A stretch of 64,000 bases of DNA, from positions 521,656 through 585,655 of the forward strand of contig JANSXA010000001.1 of assembly GCA_024743175.1 (NCBI GenBank), read 5' to 3'. Under the pieces are notes generated by a model that made no database searches, was not told the origin of the DNA, and was given only the letters and a program-made list of their open reading frames with translations. The stretch's first letter is position 1. Every line of letters starts with the position of its first letter. The stretch is from Pseudomonadaceae bacterium (lineage in GTDB: Bacteria; Pseudomonadota; Gammaproteobacteria; Pseudomonadales; Azotimanducaceae). Positions 10,245-19,920 of this stretch are shown piece after piece. The position numbers and the translations under genes were made by a program.

Positions 10245-10868
10245 ATGAGTGACGCCTGCTGCAGCGATCTGGATGTCAGCAACCTTGCTGCACGTCAACG
10301 CAGAGTGCTGATCATTGTCTTATTCATCAACATCGCAGCGTTCCTGATTATGGTTGGCGGCGCCTGGCTAAGTGGTTCCGTCTCACTGCTTTCCGGCACT
10401 CTCGACAACTTTGGTGATGCGGTGACCTACGCCCTGAGCCTGGCTGTTGTCGGCGCTGGCTGTTCGGCTAAAGCCCGGGTTGCCTTATTTAAAGGTCTGT
10501 TGATCCTTGGCGCTGCGGTGGCCGTTGCTGTGCAGATCATGTTGCAGCTCAGCGACCCGCAAACCCCACTGTTCACAACCATGGGCCTTGCCGCGGTTGC
10601 CAACCTCGGGGCTAATCTGCTGTGTTTGTGGCTGCTGACCCCCTACCGTCATGACGATATCAATATGTCTTCGGTGTGGGAATGTTCCCGGAACGATGTC
10701 GCTGAAGGCTGTGCGGTTATTGGCGCAGCTGCTGCAGTGTGGATTTTTTCTTCACCGTGGCCCGACCTGTTAGTTGCGATAGCGCTGCTGGTCATGTTCA
10801 CCCGCTCTGCCTGGCGCGTACTGACTGGCGCCTGGCGCGAGCTCTACCCAAGCAGCCAATCCGTATGA
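10245..10868 (+). CDS. Short CDF-family cation efflux transporter (TM domain only)
   Basis: N-terminal DACCS, SLLSGTLDNFGDA, W.CSRND motifs; about 5-6 TM segments. Confidence 0.8.
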   Translation: MSDACCSDLDVSNLAARQRRVLIIVLFINIAAFLIMVGGAWLSGSVSLLSGTLDNFGDAVTYALSLAVVGAGCSAKARVALFKGLLILGAAVAVAVQIMLQLSDPQTPLFTTMGLAAVANLGANLLCLWLLTPYRHDDINMSSVWECSRNDVAEGCAVIGAAAAVWIFSSPWPDLLVAIALLVMFTRSAWRVLTGAWRELYPSSQSV

Positions 10869-10898
10869 ATCTGGCTGAAGAAGCGCGTCAGGCCACTA

Positions 10899-11804
10899 TC
10901 AGTCGCGGGAATCTTTAGCACCGTACATCATCTGTATGCTGGAAAAATCCAACGCGCCGGCGCCGTGATTGGCACTGTGCAGCTGATACAGATTCTGTGC
11001 CAGCGCGCCCATGGGTATTGCACTGCCTGAAGCCTGAGCAGTTTCCATGGCCAGACCGAGATCTTTACGCATCAGATCCACCAGAAACCCTCCGCTGTAG
11101 TTGTTTGCTGCTGGCACGTTGTCCATCACGCCAGGATATGGGTTGTACACGTTTAGTGCCCAGTTACCGCCGGACGAGGCTTTCATAATGTCTGAAAGCA
11201 CTTTCGGATCGAGCCCCTGATCAACGCCCAGGGCTAATGCTTCAGCGGTACCCGCCATCAGGATAGACAGCAGCATATTATTGCAGATTTTGGCAATTTG
11301 ACCGGCTCCTGCGTCACCAGCGTGAAAAATATTTGAACCCATCGCCTGCAGCACCGGCGTTGCGCGGGCCAGAACCTCAGCTTCGCCGCCGACAATAAAG
11401 GTCAGCGTGCCGTTCTGAGCGCCACCAGTACCTCCGGAAACCGGCGCGTCCAACATCGCCACACTGCGCTGCGCTGCGGCAGCAGCAACTGCCTGAGCGC
11501 TACCTGGATCGATTGTAGAGCAGTCAATAACCAGGGTTTGAGGATCCACAATGTCCAATAAGCCGGCTTGATTCCCATCGCCCAGGTAAAGACCCCGCAC
11601 ATGGCGTCCTGCGGGTAACATGCTGATCAACACATCTACACCACTGGCCGCCTGAGCGGCGGACTCACAGGCTTCAACATCACCTGCAGCAGCAAGCGCC
11701 GCCGCTGACAGATCAAACGCCTGGACTGTGTAACCTTTGGCCAGCAGATTGCTGGCCATGGGGCCGCCCATATTACCTAAACCAATAAAGCCTACTTTCT
11801 GCAT
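10899..11804 (-). CDS. mmsB: 3-hydroxyisobutyrate dehydrogenase
   Basis: FIGLGNMGGPMA, DAPVSGG, AKICNNMLL motifs; start at MQKVGF (11804). Confidence 0.95.
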   Translation of the reverse strand: MQKVGFIGLGNMGGPMASNLLAKGYTVQAFDLSAAALAAAGDVEACESAAQAASGVDVLISMLPAGRHVRGLYLGDGNQAGLLDIVDPQTLVIDCSTIDPGSAQAVAAAAAQRSVAMLDAPVSGGTGGAQNGTLTFIVGGEAEVLARATPVLQAMGSNIFHAGDAGAGQIAKICNNMLLSILMAGTAEALALGVDQGLDPKVLSDIMKASSGGNWALNVYNPYPGVMDNVPAANNYSGGFLVDLMRKDLGLAMETAQASGSAIPMGALAQNLYQLHSANHGAGALDFSSIQMMYGAKDSRD

Positions 11805-11817
11805 GTTGTTACCTTTT

Positions 11818-12939
11818 TTACCCCAAACCCGCCAGTGGGTGCGGCGTTTCAAATGACGAAAAATGAGCCATCACGTGCGCTTCAGGTAGTGTATCAATGT
11901 CCCGGTACTGCCAGTGCGGCGACCCGTCTTTCTCGATCAACAGCGCGCGTACACCCTCAGCAAAATCAAGATTTGTCGCACAGTGACAGGCAATGTTGTA
12001 TTCCATACGAAACATATCAGCCAACGACATATCTGTACTGCGACGGAGTTGTTCCAATACAATGCCCGCAGTTGTCGGGCAGCCGCCGCGCAGGTTCTGT
12101 AAACCGCGATCAATCCACCTGGATTGGCCCTCGAGATTCTCCAGTGCCTGCACCTGTCTGGCCAGATTATCCAGAGTGATTGCAAAAGCCGGCAGCTGCT
12201 GGATTTCCCCCTCGGGCAGGTCTACATCCGGCAAACTGGCGAGCGCATCGGCAATCGCCTGTGTATTTGCATCAGCGTCCTTTGAAAAAGACACAGATTG
12301 GAGGACCGTCAGCAGAGTACTTCGCTCTGCATGAGGGACCACATGAGTAGCCAGGCCTACTGTCAGAGCATCCGCAGCATTCACATGGCTGCCAGTCAGG
12401 CCAAGAAATACGGCCTGGTGCGGTGCCATCTGATTGAGACTCCAGGTGGCGCCGGCATCCGGAAACAGTCCAATGGTGATCTCCGGCAAAGCCAGCTTTG
12501 AGCGCTCTGTAGCAACACGAAATTCAGCCGCACTGAACAGACCCATGCCACCACCCATAACCACGCCATGGCCTAAGCAGATCACAGGTTTGGGGTAGGT
12601 ATGCAGTTGGTAGTCCAATGCATATTCCTGCGCAAAGAAGTCAAACGGGTAAGCGTTGACCACTTCTTCTGCCTGGTGGTTGCTGACGATGGCGCGATAA
12701 AGCGCCTGAATATCACCCCCGGCACAAAACGCTTTTTCGCCGGCTCCGGTGAGCAGAACGGCAACCACCTCAGGGCGTTTGGACCAGTTGTCCAATGCCT
12801 GGGTTAACAATTGAATCATCTCAAGATTCAGCGAGTTGAGGGTCGGCTCTACGTTCAGGGTGGCTTCCGCCAACACCAGCTGGGAGGCCAGGCTGTGTTC
12901 GGTCAGGACCACACTACTGTGTTCTGAATCATCACTCAT
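11818..12939 (-). CDS. Enoyl-CoA hydratase/isomerase family, 3-hydroxyisobutyryl-CoA hydrolase-like
   Basis: AFCAGGDI, GVVMGGGMG, PEITIGLFPDAG, DFAEGVRALLI motifs; adjacent to mmsB. Confidence 0.85.
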   Translation of the reverse strand: MSDDSEHSSVVLTEHSLASQLVLAEATLNVEPTLNSLNLEMIQLLTQALDNWSKRPEVVAVLLTGAGEKAFCAGGDIQALYRAIVSNHQAEEVVNAYPFDFFAQEYALDYQLHTYPKPVICLGHGVVMGGGMGLFSAAEFRVATERSKLALPEITIGLFPDAGATWSLNQMAPHQAVFLGLTGSHVNAADALTVGLATHVVPHAERSTLLTVLQSVSFSKDADANTQAIADALASLPDVDLPEGEIQQLPAFAITLDNLARQVQALENLEGQSRWIDRGLQNLRGGCPTTAGIVLEQLRRSTDMSLADMFRMEYNIACHCATNLDFAEGVRALLIEKDGSPHWQYRDIDTLPEAHVMAHFSSFETPHPLAGLG

Positions 12940-12951
12940 CAGACAGGAACC

Positions 12952-13740
12952 TCAGCTGTTGGTCCAGGCTGGCGGTCGCTTTTCCAGGAAAGCGTTGACC
13001 CCTTCACGCTGGTCATTACTGTCAAACAGATCAACAAAGGCGTTACGTTCGACGGCGTAAGCGGAGGCAATGTCTCCCGAACGCGCCTGTTGTATCAGAT
13101 CCTTACAGGCCGCCACCGCAATCGGGCTCTGTTGACCCACGGATTCAGCAAGCTCCAGCGCTCGGCCCCTTGCCTGTCCAGTCTCCACCACTTCCTCTAC
13201 CAGACCGATTTTTTCCGCAGTGTCTGCATCAATGCGTTCGCCACATAGAATCATACGCTTTGCCCACCCCTCACCGACCATCCAGGCGAGGTTCTGAGTA
13301 CCGCCACCACAGGGTAACAAACCTACTGTGGCTTCCGGTAATGCCAGCTTCGCCTGCTGCTCGGCGATGCGGATATCACAGGCTAAAGCACACTCAAGGC
13401 CACCACCCATGGCAAAACCATTAATCGCTGCAATAGTGACCCCACGAAAGTTTGACAATGTTTCAAACGCACGGCCAAAGTGTTCCGCCATAGATTGTGC
13501 GGTGTCTTTGCTGCCGTCGGCAAACAGTTTCAAATCCGCCCCGGCAGAGAAGAACTTGTCTCCTTCTCCGGTTAATACCATGGCGTAGATTGATCTATCC
13601 GCTTCACAATCGTGTACCAGCTGGGTCAATCCCGAAAGGCTTTCGGGATCCCAGGTGTTAGCGGACGGATTGTCAATGGTTACCACCGCGGTGTGACCGC
13701 GTATTTCCAGAACCAGTTTCCGGGTGGTTGATGTCACCAT
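12952..13740 (-). CDS. Enoyl-CoA hydratase
   Basis: FFSAGADL, GFAMGGGLECALACD, LPEATVGLLP motifs. Confidence 0.92.
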   Translation of the reverse strand: MVTSTTRKLVLEIRGHTAVVTIDNPSANTWDPESLSGLTQLVHDCEADRSIYAMVLTGEGDKFFSAGADLKLFADGSKDTAQSMAEHFGRAFETLSNFRGVTIAAINGFAMGGGLECALACDIRIAEQQAKLALPEATVGLLPCGGGTQNLAWMVGEGWAKRMILCGERIDADTAEKIGLVEEVVETGQARGRALELAESVGQQSPIAVAACKDLIQQARSGDIASAYAVERNAFVDLFDSNDQREGVNAFLEKRPPAWTNS

Positions 13741-13809
13741 GGCTTATGCCTCTCCTTTCGACGTGTGAACGGTATTCTTAAACTACAGGGATGAAGTGTG
13801 GACAACCTG

Positions 13810-14505
13810 TCAGTCGATTGCCAGCCAGTCTATGGGCTTGTGGTTGTGTGCAGACAGATAGGCATTGGCCTTGGAAAAATGTTTACAGCCAAAAAAACCC
13901 CGGTGTGCGGACAGCGGCGAAGGGTGAGGTGCTTTCAGCACACAGTTTTTCGCTGCATCCACAATCGATCCCTTTTTCTGCGCATAGCTGCCCCATAACA
14001 TAAACACCAGCCCTTCCCGTGCCTGGCACAACTCGTGGACAACCGCGTCAGTAAACTGCTCCCAACCTTTGTTCTGATGGGAGCCCGCTTTACTCTGCTC
14101 GACGCTCAGCACCGCGTTTAACAACAGAACACCCTGCTCTGCCCAACTGGTTAAACAACCGCGATCACTGCTGATTGTCTGTTGAACGCCTAGATCGCTG
14201 TGTATTTCTTTCAGAATGTTCCGCAAGGATGGGGGCACCGGCGTGCCTGGCAGAACTGAGAAACACAGTCCGTGTGCCTGGTTGGGACCGTGATACGGGT
14301 CCTGACCGATGATGACTACTTTCACTTTGTCTACCGGGGTCAGATTCAGAGCGCTGAACATCTGTTTGCCTGGTGGAAAAATGCGCGCTCCCCGGGCTTT
14401 TTCAGCACGAAGATACCTGCTCAACTGTTGCATGTAAGGCTGTTCGAACTGTGCGCCCAGCAGTTCGCGCCAGGAGGCTTCCAGTTGTACCGAGGTGTTC
14501 GCCAT
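13810..14505 (-). CDS. ung: Uracil-DNA glycosylase
   Basis: GQDPYH, PPSLRN, GVLLLN, HPSPLS motifs. Confidence 0.98.
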   Translation of the reverse strand: MANTSVQLEASWRELLGAQFEQPYMQQLSRYLRAEKARGARIFPPGKQMFSALNLTPVDKVKVVIIGQDPYHGPNQAHGLCFSVLPGTPVPPSLRNILKEIHSDLGVQQTISSDRGCLTSWAEQGVLLLNAVLSVEQSKAGSHQNKGWEQFTDAVVHELCQAREGLVFMLWGSYAQKKGSIVDAAKNCVLKAPHPSPLSAHRGFFGCKHFSKANAYLSAHNHKPIDWLAID

Positions 14506-14531
14506 GGCTTATCGCATCAACTGCTGATGAG

Positions 14532-16010
14532 CTACTGCGGCCGCATCAGTGGAAACAGGAGCACGTCTCTGATCGACGGTGAATCTGTCAGCAGCATGAC
14601 CAGTCGATCAATCCCTATGCCTTCTCCGGCGGTAGGCGGCAGGCCCACTTCCAGGGCGTCGATATAATCCTGATCAAAGTGCATCGCTTCATCGTCACCT
14701 GTGCCTTTCAGCGCAGCCTGGGCAGCAAAGCGGTCCGCCTGATCAACAGGGTCATTCAGCTCAGAAAAACCGTTAGCATACTCACGCCCACCGATGAAAA
14801 GTTCGAAGCGATCTGTCACCGCATCGTTATGATCGCAGCGCCGTGCCAGCGGAGATACCTCTGCAGGATACTGTGTGATAAAAGTTGGCTCGGCCAGGCG
14901 CTCTTCCACCTGAGCCTCAAAGACTTCCAGTTGAAGCTTGCCTACACCCCAGCCAGGGTCTGCTGCAAGATTCAGCGTTTGCAATCGTGCCCGTAACGCA
15001 TCCTCATCATCTACAGACGATTCATCCATGCCGCCGAGGGCAACCAGTGATTCCGCCATAGTCATTTGTGCGGAAGGTTTACTGAAATCCAACTCAAGAC
15101 CCTGATAAGAAATTGTTGGGGAACCCACCACATCTGTACACAACGCTGCCAGCAGCTCATCGGTCAGTGCCATGAGATCTTTGTAGTCGGCATAAGCCTG
15201 ATAAAACTCCAGCATTGTGAATTCGGGGTTGTGGCGGGTGGACAGGCCTTCATTGCGAAAATTTCGGTTTACTTCGTAAACCCGTTCAAAGCCCCCTACC
15301 ACCAACCGCTTGAGGAAAAGCTCAGGTGCAACGCGTAAATACAGTTCCAGATCGAGCGCGTTATGGTGCGTAACAAAAGGACGCGCCGTTGCGCCACCGG
15401 GAATGCTGTGCATCATGGGTGTTTCCACTTCGAGGAAACCCCGCCCGTCAAAAAACTCGCGCATGCGGGCTATCACCCGGGATCGGGTTTTAAACACAGC
15501 ACGCGACTCATCATTCATGATCAGGTCAAGGTAACGCTGACGATATCGAATTTCCTGATCGGTGACACCATGGAACTTCTCCGGCAGTGGGCGCAGAGTT
15601 TTGTTCAACAGTTCCAGGCTTTGGGCCTGAACCGTCAGTTCACCTTTGTCAGTGCGCATAAGCACACCGCGCACACCCACGATATCACCTATATCCGTCA
15701 GATCTTTAAACGCATCGTACGCCTCTTCGCCCATGTCGTTTTTGCGCAGAAAGCACTGGATCTGGCCACTGCTGTCCTGGACCGTGATAAAGCTGGCTTT
15801 ACCCATCACCCGTCGCAACATCAGTCGACCACAAACGCTTGCCGTGAACCGCGCTTCTTCCAGCTGGGGTTTGTCGGCGTCCGCATAAGTAGCGTGTAGA
15901 GTTTCAGCAAGGTCTGAGCGCCGAAAGGCATTGGGATAACCGCCACCTTGCGCCAGCCAACGCTGCCTCTTAGCTTGTCGATTCGCCAACAAGTCTCTTT
16001 CTTCACTCAT
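14532..16010 (-). CDS. lysS: Lysyl-tRNA synthetase (class II)
   Basis: RYRQRYLDL, FRNEG...HNPEF, GIGIDRLVM motifs. Confidence 0.98.
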   Translation of the reverse strand: MSEERDLLANRQAKRQRWLAQGGGYPNAFRRSDLAETLHATYADADKPQLEEARFTASVCGRLMLRRVMGKASFITVQDSSGQIQCFLRKNDMGEEAYDAFKDLTDIGDIVGVRGVLMRTDKGELTVQAQSLELLNKTLRPLPEKFHGVTDQEIRYRQRYLDLIMNDESRAVFKTRSRVIARMREFFDGRGFLEVETPMMHSIPGGATARPFVTHHNALDLELYLRVAPELFLKRLVVGGFERVYEVNRNFRNEGLSTRHNPEFTMLEFYQAYADYKDLMALTDELLAALCTDVVGSPTISYQGLELDFSKPSAQMTMAESLVALGGMDESSVDDEDALRARLQTLNLAADPGWGVGKLQLEVFEAQVEERLAEPTFITQYPAEVSPLARRCDHNDAVTDRFELFIGGREYANGFSELNDPVDQADRFAAQAALKGTGDDEAMHFDQDYIDALEVGLPPTAGEGIGIDRLVMLLTDSPSIRDVLLFPLMRPQ

Positions 16011-16081
16011 CTTCGGGCCGCCTTTTTTCTCTGCTTTGTTGAGCGCATTGCATATCTGGCCTGTGCCGGGCCAGACAACGG

Positions 16082-17180
16082 TTATAAGCCTGCTTTCAAA
16101 CTGGCTTCTATAAATCCATCCAGGTCGCCATCCAGCACGCTGTTCGGATCAGTGCGTTCGATGTGCGTGCGCAGGTCTTTGACCCGGCTCTGGTCCAGCA
16201 CATAGCTGCGGATCTGACTACCCCAGCCTATATCTGCTTTGGCATCCTCGACCGCCTGCTGCTCTGACCGCCGGGCGAACATCTCCAGTTCATACAGTTT
16301 TGCACGAAGCTGTTTGTAGGCACGGTCTTTGTTCTGGTGCTGGGAACGTTCGCTCTGGCATTGCACAACGGTGTTTGTCGGCAAGTGGGTCAGGCGGACT
16401 GCTGAATCAGTCCGGTTAACGTGCTGACCACCGGCACCGCTGGCACGATAAGTATCCGTTCGCACATCTGCGGGATTGATTTCAATTTCGATGTCATCAT
16501 CTATTTCCGGTGAGACAAAAACCGAAGCAAAAGAGGTGTGGCGTCTGCTGCCGGAATCAAAGGGTGATTTACGTACCAGCCGGTGCACACCAGTCTCAGT
16601 TCGCAGCCAGCCGAAAGCATACGGCCCTTCGATCTGTACAGTGGCGCTTTTGATACCGGCAACTTCCCCTGGGCTCAACTCGGTCACTGAGGCTTTGAAT
16701 CCTCTCTTTTCCGCCCAGCGCAGGTACATGCGCAACAGCATGTCAGCCCAGTCCTGAGCTTCTGTACCACCGGAACCCGACTGAATGTCCACAAACGCGT
16801 TGGCGGTGTCCATTTCACCCTGGAACATGCGCTGGAATTCCAGTTCAGCCAGTTTCGCCTGCACAACCTCTAACTCAGCAGCGATATCATCCAGGGCATC
16901 GCTGTCAGATTCATCGCTGGCCAGCTCCGCAAGCTCGGCCAGGTCTGCAAGGCTCGCCTGCATATCACCCAGGCCAGTGACAACCTGTTCCAGCGCAGCG
17001 CGCTGTTGCCCCAGCTTCTGCGCACGATCGGGATCGTCCCAGACAGCTGGCGCTGCTAACTCGCGCTCAACCTCTTCCAGCTGCTCACACTTGCCAGCGT
17101 AGTCAAAGATACCCCCGAAGCGCGGATTCGCGGTCGGTCAGGTCTTTGAAAGTTTCGCGCAACGCGGTTATCTCAGCCAT
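16082..17180 (-). CDS. prfB: Peptide chain release factor 2, translated through a programmed +1 frameshift (25 codons 17180-17106, then 17104-16082; 365 aa)
   Basis: SPF and GGQ motifs; the 5' part [25 protein letters not shown] ends at CTT-TGA-C. Confidence 0.97.
17102..17117 (-). promoter_or_regulatory. prfB +1 frameshift site CGGGGG-TAT-CTT-TGA-C
   Basis: Internal SD-like G-run, slippery CTT and in-frame UGA read directly. Confidence 0.95.
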
Positions 17181-17371
17181 GTTATTTCAGGTCTTTTGTT
17201 AGCGTTAAAAAAAGCAGCAGGTCTATGCTCTGGCGCAGACCAGTGGGCGGCTAGTGTAAGGATTTGGCAGCACTTTTTCGAGGGTTTGAATCACTTAAAA
17301 TGGCTGAACCCATGCACTTGGCCCGGCATACTGGATACTTCCATATTAAGCCTCGCGTTAAGGAGGAAATC

Positions 17372-17635
17372 ATGACCGCCAACATCCGCCCCGCTCTGCC
17401 GTCAGATAAAACCGTCTGCCTGGAACTCCTGGGTAAGCTGGTGGAGGCCACCGAAGGCGCCATCGACACACACGCTGGAGAAGTGTTTGACAGCTTGTTG
17501 GATGGATCACGAGGCCAGGTGCTGCTGGCCGAAGAATCGACCCGGGTACTTGGTCTCGCTGCGGTAAGTTTTAGCCTGGCCATGCGCTACGGTGGAGAAT
17601 ATTGCCAACTCGAAGAACTGGTGCAAACGCCCTGA
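17372..17635 (+). pseudogene. 5' part (84 codons up to the att core) of a GNAT acetyltransferase interrupted by the integrated element
   Basis: Strong AAGGAGG RBS, ATG 17372; ends ...YCQLEELV then QTP-stop in element sequence; joins in frame to 34109-34297. Confidence 0.9.
17603..17623 (+). repeat. Left att core TGCCAACTCGAAGAACTGGTG (21 bp)
   Basis: Exact copy at 34088-34108; flanking bases differ on both sides. Confidence 0.97.
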
Positions 17636-17683
17636 AACGCCCGTGCGATAGGCGTCTTGGAAGAATCTAAGCGATTACTAAGC

Positions 17684-17714
17684 AAAAAGCCCCGGTGACG
17701 AGCCGGGGCTTTTT
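17684..17714. terminator. Bidirectional intrinsic terminator AAAAAGCCCCGG-TGACGAG-CCGGGGCTTTTT closing the late operon
   Basis: 12-bp perfect stem with T-tracts on both strands, 87 bp after the last element gene. Confidence 0.9.
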
Positions 17715-17800
17715 AATTTCTAGGTGTAATTTTCCACGACGCCACTTTCTCGGCGTAGACGACACACGACAACGATAAACGCCATCAAGGTGCTGACATT

Positions 17801-18220
17801 TTAACTGATTGGGACGAGCACGTCTGCCTGATAGTTGGTCTCAGCCAAATATTCGAGCCAAGCGTCAGACTCACCAATGCGCCGCACTGACGTTGCTCTG
17901 AAGATCAGGCCATTGATAGTCGACATCTCCCAACAATCAGCCACACGGTCGCATAACTCTTGCGCCAAGCCGTCGCCCTGCCCCGCCGGTGTGAACACCT
18001 GCACGGACGCTGTACCTTGAATGCGCTTGCGTTTGCCTGCTATGGAAATGCCTATTTGCTGTGCAGCACCAGGCAGTACAGTGAGACGTACCCAGGGCAC
18101 GTTGTTGATCTGGGCAAGCTGGGTAGGCACGCCAGCGAAAACCACACGATACGTAGGCGAGAACGTCGCCCATTGATCGTTGAAGCGTGAGCGAATCTGT
18201 GAGGCAACAGCAGCGGTCAT
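17801..18220 (-). CDS. Phage tail terminator-like protein (DUF4128-like)
   Basis: PWVRLTVLPG...G...VQVFTPAGQGDG.A..L.D.VAD pattern; last gene after head closure. Confidence 0.7.
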   Translation of the reverse strand: MTAAVASQIRSRFNDQWATFSPTYRVVFAGVPTQLAQINNVPWVRLTVLPGAAQQIGISIAGKRKRIQGTASVQVFTPAGQGDGLAQELCDRVADCWEMSTINGLIFRATSVRRIGESDAWLEYLAETNYQADVLVPIS

Positions 18221-18576
18221 GAGACCAGCGTCACTTTATATGCAGCCATTTGGTCGCCGGAAACCACAAGCTGCGCATTCAGCACAGTGAAGGTCTTGCC
18301 GTCGAAAATGACCTCGTCATCGACAGCCGGTCGACTGGAAGTCTTTGCTGCAAGGTAGGTGAGCAGTTGCCCAGTCTGCACAACACCAGATAACCGGCTT
18401 TCATTGTACGGCTGTGGCGGTGAAATTTTGACGTGCTCTTCGGTCGTGGTGTTTGTGACCTTGCCGCTTGCAACATCATAAGCGCTGGTATGGCGTCGCA
18501 GGGTCGCAACCGTGCCGAACGTGTTGTCGATCAGCTTTTCGGCCAGGTCTCGAAATCGTACGTCGTATACTGTCAT
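18217..18576 (-). CDS. Phage head-closure (stopper) protein
   Basis: 119 aa; FG..ATLRR...YD..SG, P..DD.V..DGKTFTV pattern; position after the adaptor. Confidence 0.65.
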   Translation of the reverse strand: MTVYDVRFRDLAEKLIDNTFGTVATLRRHTSAYDVASGKVTNTTTEEHVKISPPQPYNESRLSGVVQTGQLLTYLAAKTSSRPAVDDEVIFDGKTFTVLNAQLVVSGDQMAAYKVTLVS

Positions 18577-18920
18577 GCGAGTTGATCCCAGTGAACATCG
18601 GTCGAGCCGTAGTCGAGTTCGTCCTTGTGGCTTCCCGAGAAAATTAAGTCATAGCGTGCCGGGCTTGCGTCGTCCCGGTTGCACTTCTCGGTCTCTGTTG
18701 GAATGTTGCCCTTGTGCACCCAATGCGTGTACAACGAGCAGGCCAGGCCCATTGAGCCGCAGCGGTGTGCGTTCCAGCATTTATCGCAGGGGCTTTCTTC
18801 AATGTACGGCTGTGCACTGGCACGGTTCCTGCGAGACTTCTCACGAACGAAGACGTTGTCTTCATAAGGCGCGAATTCCTGCTCGCCATAGGGCAGCTTA
18901 GCCACGTTCCCAAGTTCCAC
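18573..18920 (-). CDS. Hypothetical protein with Cys cluster (CxxC...C...C...H)
   Basis: PCDKCWNAHRCGSMGLACSLYTHW; overlaps both neighbours (23 nt and 4 nt). Confidence 0.55.
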   Translation of the reverse strand: MELGNVAKLPYGEQEFAPYEDNVFVREKSRRNRASAQPYIEESPCDKCWNAHRCGSMGLACSLYTHWVHKGNIPTETEKCNRDDASPARYDLIFSGSHKDELDYGSTDVHWDQLA

Positions 18921-19917
18921 GTTGAGAGGTGAGCAGAATCTCTACTTCCCGGGATGCATCAAAGAAAAACTTTTCGCGCTGGGCGTTGAAGTATTCGACT
19001 TCAAGCTCACCCAATTTCTCGCGCTTGGTGGAGCGGTCAAGCACACCCACAAGCTGCGACGCGGAAAGCCCGTCATCGGCGATAGCGGCACGCGCCAGGA
19101 AGATTTGTGCACGCTTCAAAGCCTCGGGAATCTCTGTCGTTGTGTAATAAACAAGGTTTTTGTTTTTGCTGCTCACACCAAGCGGCAACAGTGAGCCGTC
19201 AGGGAAATCGACATAGTCGCGAATCGCTGCCCATTCCCTCGGCCACTCCATGCACTGCCTGGGCTCTACCTTTGAGCCTATCCAGCGCATGCGGTACTTC
19301 TGTGACAGGTAATCCACTGCGTACAACAGCGCTGCATCCAGCACAGCGGTCGACACGCGCGGGCTTGCTGTGAATATTGAGTCGTTTCGGTTCTCCCAGA
19401 ACGTGCGCATCTCTTGCAGCGACACGTATGAGTTCGGGCATGGGCTGGCGTTTGAGTTGGTGCCGTCATTGACTACGATCACGTTGCTTACCTCCAAGTC
19501 TTCGATGGGTGACGGTAGCGGGCTTACAGGAGACCCTACCGGGCTAATTGGGCTCGGCCAGGGTGAGTAGTCCAGCGTTGGGGAAGCCAGCGGCGACACA
19601 GGAGACGGTAGCGGGCTGATTGGGCTCGGAGCAGGGCTCAGCGGCGACGGTGCCGGTGATATCGGACTCGGCATTGGCGATATACGCTGCGGGCTGGGCA
19701 GCGGGCTGATTGGCGATGCAACCGGGCTGATTGGTGAAGGTAGGGGCGAACTCCTTTGCGGACTGGGTCTGGGTGATCCAAGGGGCGAAGGCTGCGGGCT
19801 GATTGGCGAAGGTACGGGGCTCGTGTTGTACGGTGACGCAACCGGTGACGCAGGGGTTGCCCCGAACGCACCGATCTGCTCGTCGAAACCTGAACCATAT
19901 GCACCGATATTCGCCAT
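18898..19917 (-). CDS. Head-tail adaptor (so-called DnaT-like ssDNA-binding family) with an N-terminal Ser-Pro heptad stalk
   Basis: C-terminal NSYVSL.E...F, A.DYL, Q.MEWPR, IPE.LK.AQ..LA, KREKLGELEVEY motifs; about 30 SP dipeptides in residues 24-137. Confidence 0.8.
   Translation of the reverse strand: MANIGAYGSGFDEQIGAFGATPASPVASPYNTSPVPSPISPQPSPLGSPRPSPQRSSPLPSPISPVASPISPLPSPQRISPMPSPISPAPSPLSPAPSPISPLPSPVSPLASPTLDYSPWPSPISPVGSPVSPLPSPIEDLEVSNVIVVNDGTNSNASPCPNSYVSLQEMRTFWENRNDSIFTASPRVSTAVLDAALLYAVDYLSQKYRMRWIGSKVEPRQCMEWPREWAAIRDYVDFPDGSLLPLGVSSKNKNLVYYTTTEIPEALKRAQIFLARAAIADDGLSASQLVGVLDRSTKREKLGELEVEYFNAQREKFFFDASREVEILLTSQRGTWERG
19507..19848 (-). repeat. Protein-level SP-x-SP-x-P heptad repeat region (114 codons)
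   Basis: SPISPQP, SPISPVA, SPISPLP, SPISPAP, SPLSPAP, SPISPLP, SPVSPLA, SPISPVG, SPVSPLP; the DNA copies are diverged. Confidence 0.95.
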
Positions 19918-19920
19918 TGC

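Noticed and set aside
16082-17180. prfB looks broken in the ORF track
   Set aside because: It is the well-known programmed +1 frameshift (CTT-TGA-C), neither a pseudogene nor novel.
17264-17371. N-terminal extension of the GNAT ORF in the track
   Set aside because: The AAGGAGG RBS points to ATG 17372; the extension overlaps the divergent promoter region.
19507-19848. Possible CRISPR or DNA tandem array in the repeat-rich stretch
   Set aside because: The DNA copies are degenerate with no constant repeat-spacer pattern; the repeat exists at the protein level only.
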